Assembly: GCA_001642005.1 (NCBI GenBank)
Contig: LWCA01000226.1
Span: 1 to 38,435 of the forward strand
Length of the DNA stretch: 38,435 nt
Reading direction: 5' to 3'
Origin: Intoshia linei
Taxonomy: Eukaryota; Animalia; Orthonectida
In this document: positions 36,601 through 38,435 of the stretch, in pieces
Layout of the letters: each line of letters begins with the position of its first letter
Position numbering within the stretch: position 1 is the stretch's first letter
The notes under the pieces: generated by a model
Told to the model about the DNA's origin: nothing
Database searches by the model: none
The model's input: only the letters and a program-made list of their open reading frames with translations
Program-made: the position numbers and the translations under genes

Positions 36601-37251
36601 TCAAAAAATCAATAATATCAAAATTAAAAACCATATTATCTAAATTCATTATAATGAATTTGAACAATTTGAATAAAATAATGAACTTCCGTAATCTTTA
36701 CAATGGCATAGTCAATTCAAAAAAATTAATTATTGACGAGTCTGACTGTATTTGCTAAAGTAAATTAAATTAAGAGATTAGGAATAAATTTTGAATCAAA
36801 AGATATAATATATTTACAAAATGAGACAACTCAATCGATAAAGAATATGACTAATTCTAGTGATTCAAAAAACAATGCAAATGACGATATAGACGGGGAA
36901 AATAATGGAAGAACCACGAAAATTGCAATTGGATCAGCCATTATCGGTTTAATTATATTGGCATTGTTGAGTTATGTAATTTTCAAATTTTACCAACGAA
37001 TAAAGCATAACAATAAAAAAATAAATATTCCCATGCACCGTGAAATTCACAGTTTATTGGATATTGAAAATATGCAACGGATCAAAAATAAAACGCTGGA
37101 ACGGAAAGCTAATCATCGAAAAGTATATAAATCTTCTAGCTGTCATGAATCTTCAACGTATAATATTGAAATGGCAATGAAACATAATATTGACAAATCA
37201 GTTTTTCATAATAAAATGTGTACTATCAAAAAAAACGAATTTTTTGTGTAA
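33696..37251 (+). CDS. Type I membrane protein: signal peptide, thyroglobulin type-1 domain, polar stalk, TM helix, cytoplasmic tail ending EFFV; about 237 aa
   Basis: Exon 33696-33780 encodes MKFKFFIILFVISVS (signal-like). Exon 33987-34145 encodes C..LFCYESGAYYPIQCNTQLNECWCIDQYLQEIVHSR, with the thyroglobulin type-1 QC/CWCxD signature. Exon 36782-37251 encodes the TM IAIGSAIIGLIILALLSYVIF and tail. All junctions are phase 1 and the total is 714 nt. The exon 2-3 join across the Helitron-containing intron is inferred. Confidence 0.7.
34318..35818 (-). mobile_element. Non-autonomous Helitron-like element, full-length copy (1501 bp)
   Basis: On the minus strand it starts A|TCCTTACTTATATAATATGC and ends ...AACAGTCAACCTAG|T, with subterminal imperfect hairpins and no TIR or TSD. 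These are the canonical Helitron termini. The same termini recur at 6910, 17540, 19015/19638 and 574. Confidence 0.8.
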
Positions 37252-37380
37252 TCTTTAACAAATTTGTATATAAACTGTAAAATTAATTAAAATTTTTTAA
37301 TTTCATCGTGAAAATTTTTATTTCATAAGATTTACAGTCTTTATATGTTTTGTTTTAATTTAAGTGGTATCTGGTGATAT

Positions 37381-37976
37381 CTACGGCGGTACATATTTTT
37401 CGACCTGTTCCAATAAGACATCAGAATAACCGGGTGTATAATATCTAATAAAAATTAAATTAAATAAAATTTATATAATATTACTTGACAATTTCAATTG
37501 GAAAGCAATTATTTATACTGGTTATATATTCAGATAAAAGAGAGCCAGGTTCAGATTTTATTGTTTGTATTTTTTTCAGACCTTCCGATGTTACAAACAT
37601 TTTTCTAGCTTTAGCGTCATGAGGTAAAACTTTACTAAATTGACCTACCACGTATTTTAATATATTTGATGGTGCATCATGTAAAAGTGGCTCCAGTAGT
37701 GGCAAGTGAATGCATTTTTGTAATATTGATTTAAGTGATCGTTTGCACTAATAATATATTCTTTATAGCTTGTATAAAATTTACCTTTTGCTGTAAATCT
37801 TCTGTGGACGCGGGGCTAGTGTATTTATCCAACAACTTTAATAATACATTTGATTCTCCAACTGCTTTTGCATGTTCCGGTGTGTGACTTCCAATTTGTC
37901 CTAAAGCCCACGCTATTGCTGCTTGTACGTGTGATTCTGCTTCGTCATTTAAAGCACAAGCCAATTGAACCACTCC
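37381..37976 (-). CDS. SPAG6: Sperm-associated antigen 6 / PF16 (armadillo-repeat central-pair protein), last three exons; 5' part outside the window
   Basis: Minus-strand exons 37976-37785, 37747-37485, 37444-37381 (introns of 37 and 40 nt) encode AAIAWALGQIGSHTPEHAKAV, ILQKCIHLPLLEPLLHDAPSNILKYVVGQFSKVLPHDAKARKMFVTSEGLKK, YYTPGYSDVLL...PP*. Confidence 0.97.
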
Positions 37977-38267
37977 CTGTTATAAAAAAACATTAGTTTC
38001 AACCTTTTTATGTCATTATCGTTATTATTATTATTATTCGATATATTTTGCATCAATCAAATTAAATGAGTTATAATTTAATTTAATTAAATCATAAATT
38101 TTACCTAAAAATACTGGATTGATAATTTATAATTTTTGGTGTAGTGACAAGCCTACAATACCGATATTCCTCTTTGCGGAGAGGGTAAGAGAGGCGGAAG
38201 GTTCGAAGAATTTTTTTGTAAAATGGGTGAATCATTTTTTACAATTGGGTATTAAAATATTCTAGAA

Positions 38268-38435
38268 CAAGGGTTCCCACACTCTTTTCACGGCAGTCGG
38301 ATAATAAATTATAAAAATTATCGCGGAAATCAGAATTTGAGATTGAAAAATTGCGTAGCAGTGAAAAAATTGCGAAGGAAAGAATTATATAGATTTTCAC
38401 CCATATTTCTTTATTGGAAATGTGTAAACGTTCAA
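38268..38435. mobile_element. hAT-like left end running into sequence shared with the Helitron interior (SPAG6 intron, cut by the window edge)
   Basis: CAAGGGTTCCCACACT is preceded by TTCTAGAA (Charlie-type NTCTAGAN target). About 38345-38435 matches 35058-35148. Confidence 0.55.

Noticed and set aside
38130-38215. GC-richer patch with GGTTCGAA, like a tRNA T-loop or Pol III B box
   Set aside because: I could not fold a cloverleaf or find a convincing A box or acceptor stem.
1-38435. Alternative genetic code or prokaryotic/viral origin suggested by the fragmented ORF track
   Set aside because: Fragmentation is explained by short GT-AG introns. Spliced ARPC2, SPAG6 and MORN1 translate cleanly with the standard code, and TAA, TAG and TGA are all used as stops in the models.

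Overview
This is eukaryotic, most likely animal, genomic DNA. It is very AT-rich (roughly three quarters A+T by eye), uses the standard code, and has many 35-45 nt GT-AG introns. By manual splicing I reconstruct eight genes: a 5'-truncated Diaphanous-type formin (+), an 888-aa orphan low-complexity protein with repeated SELxxKL helices and PxLPxK motifs (+), MORN1 (+), ARPC2 (+), an orphan MGxxxS protein (+), a short hypothetical gene (-), a signal peptide/thyroglobulin type-1/transmembrane protein ending in EFFV (+), and the 3' end of SPAG6/PF16 (-). Most large introns and intergenic spaces carry non-autonomous transposons: a Helitron-like family (A|TC...CTAG|T; one full 1.5-kb copy plus several partial ones), several hAT MITEs with 8-bp TSDs (one with a transposase C-terminal remnant), and a Tc1/pogo-type MITE with a TA TSD. 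The compact, AT-rich, tiny-intron, fast-evolving character plus a central-pair ciliary gene would fit a reduced ciliated animal such as an orthonectid; this is inference, not verified. The most notable observations are a GTAATT 5' splice-site consensus with almost no +5G, a formin with degenerate FH1 and actin-binding residues, the orphan repeat protein, the membrane-tethered thyroglobulin-domain protein, and Helitron/hAT sequence sharing. I found no prokaryotic-type system, CRISPR array or RNA gene. All gene models are hand-made, and homology statements come from remembered family motifs, not from searches.
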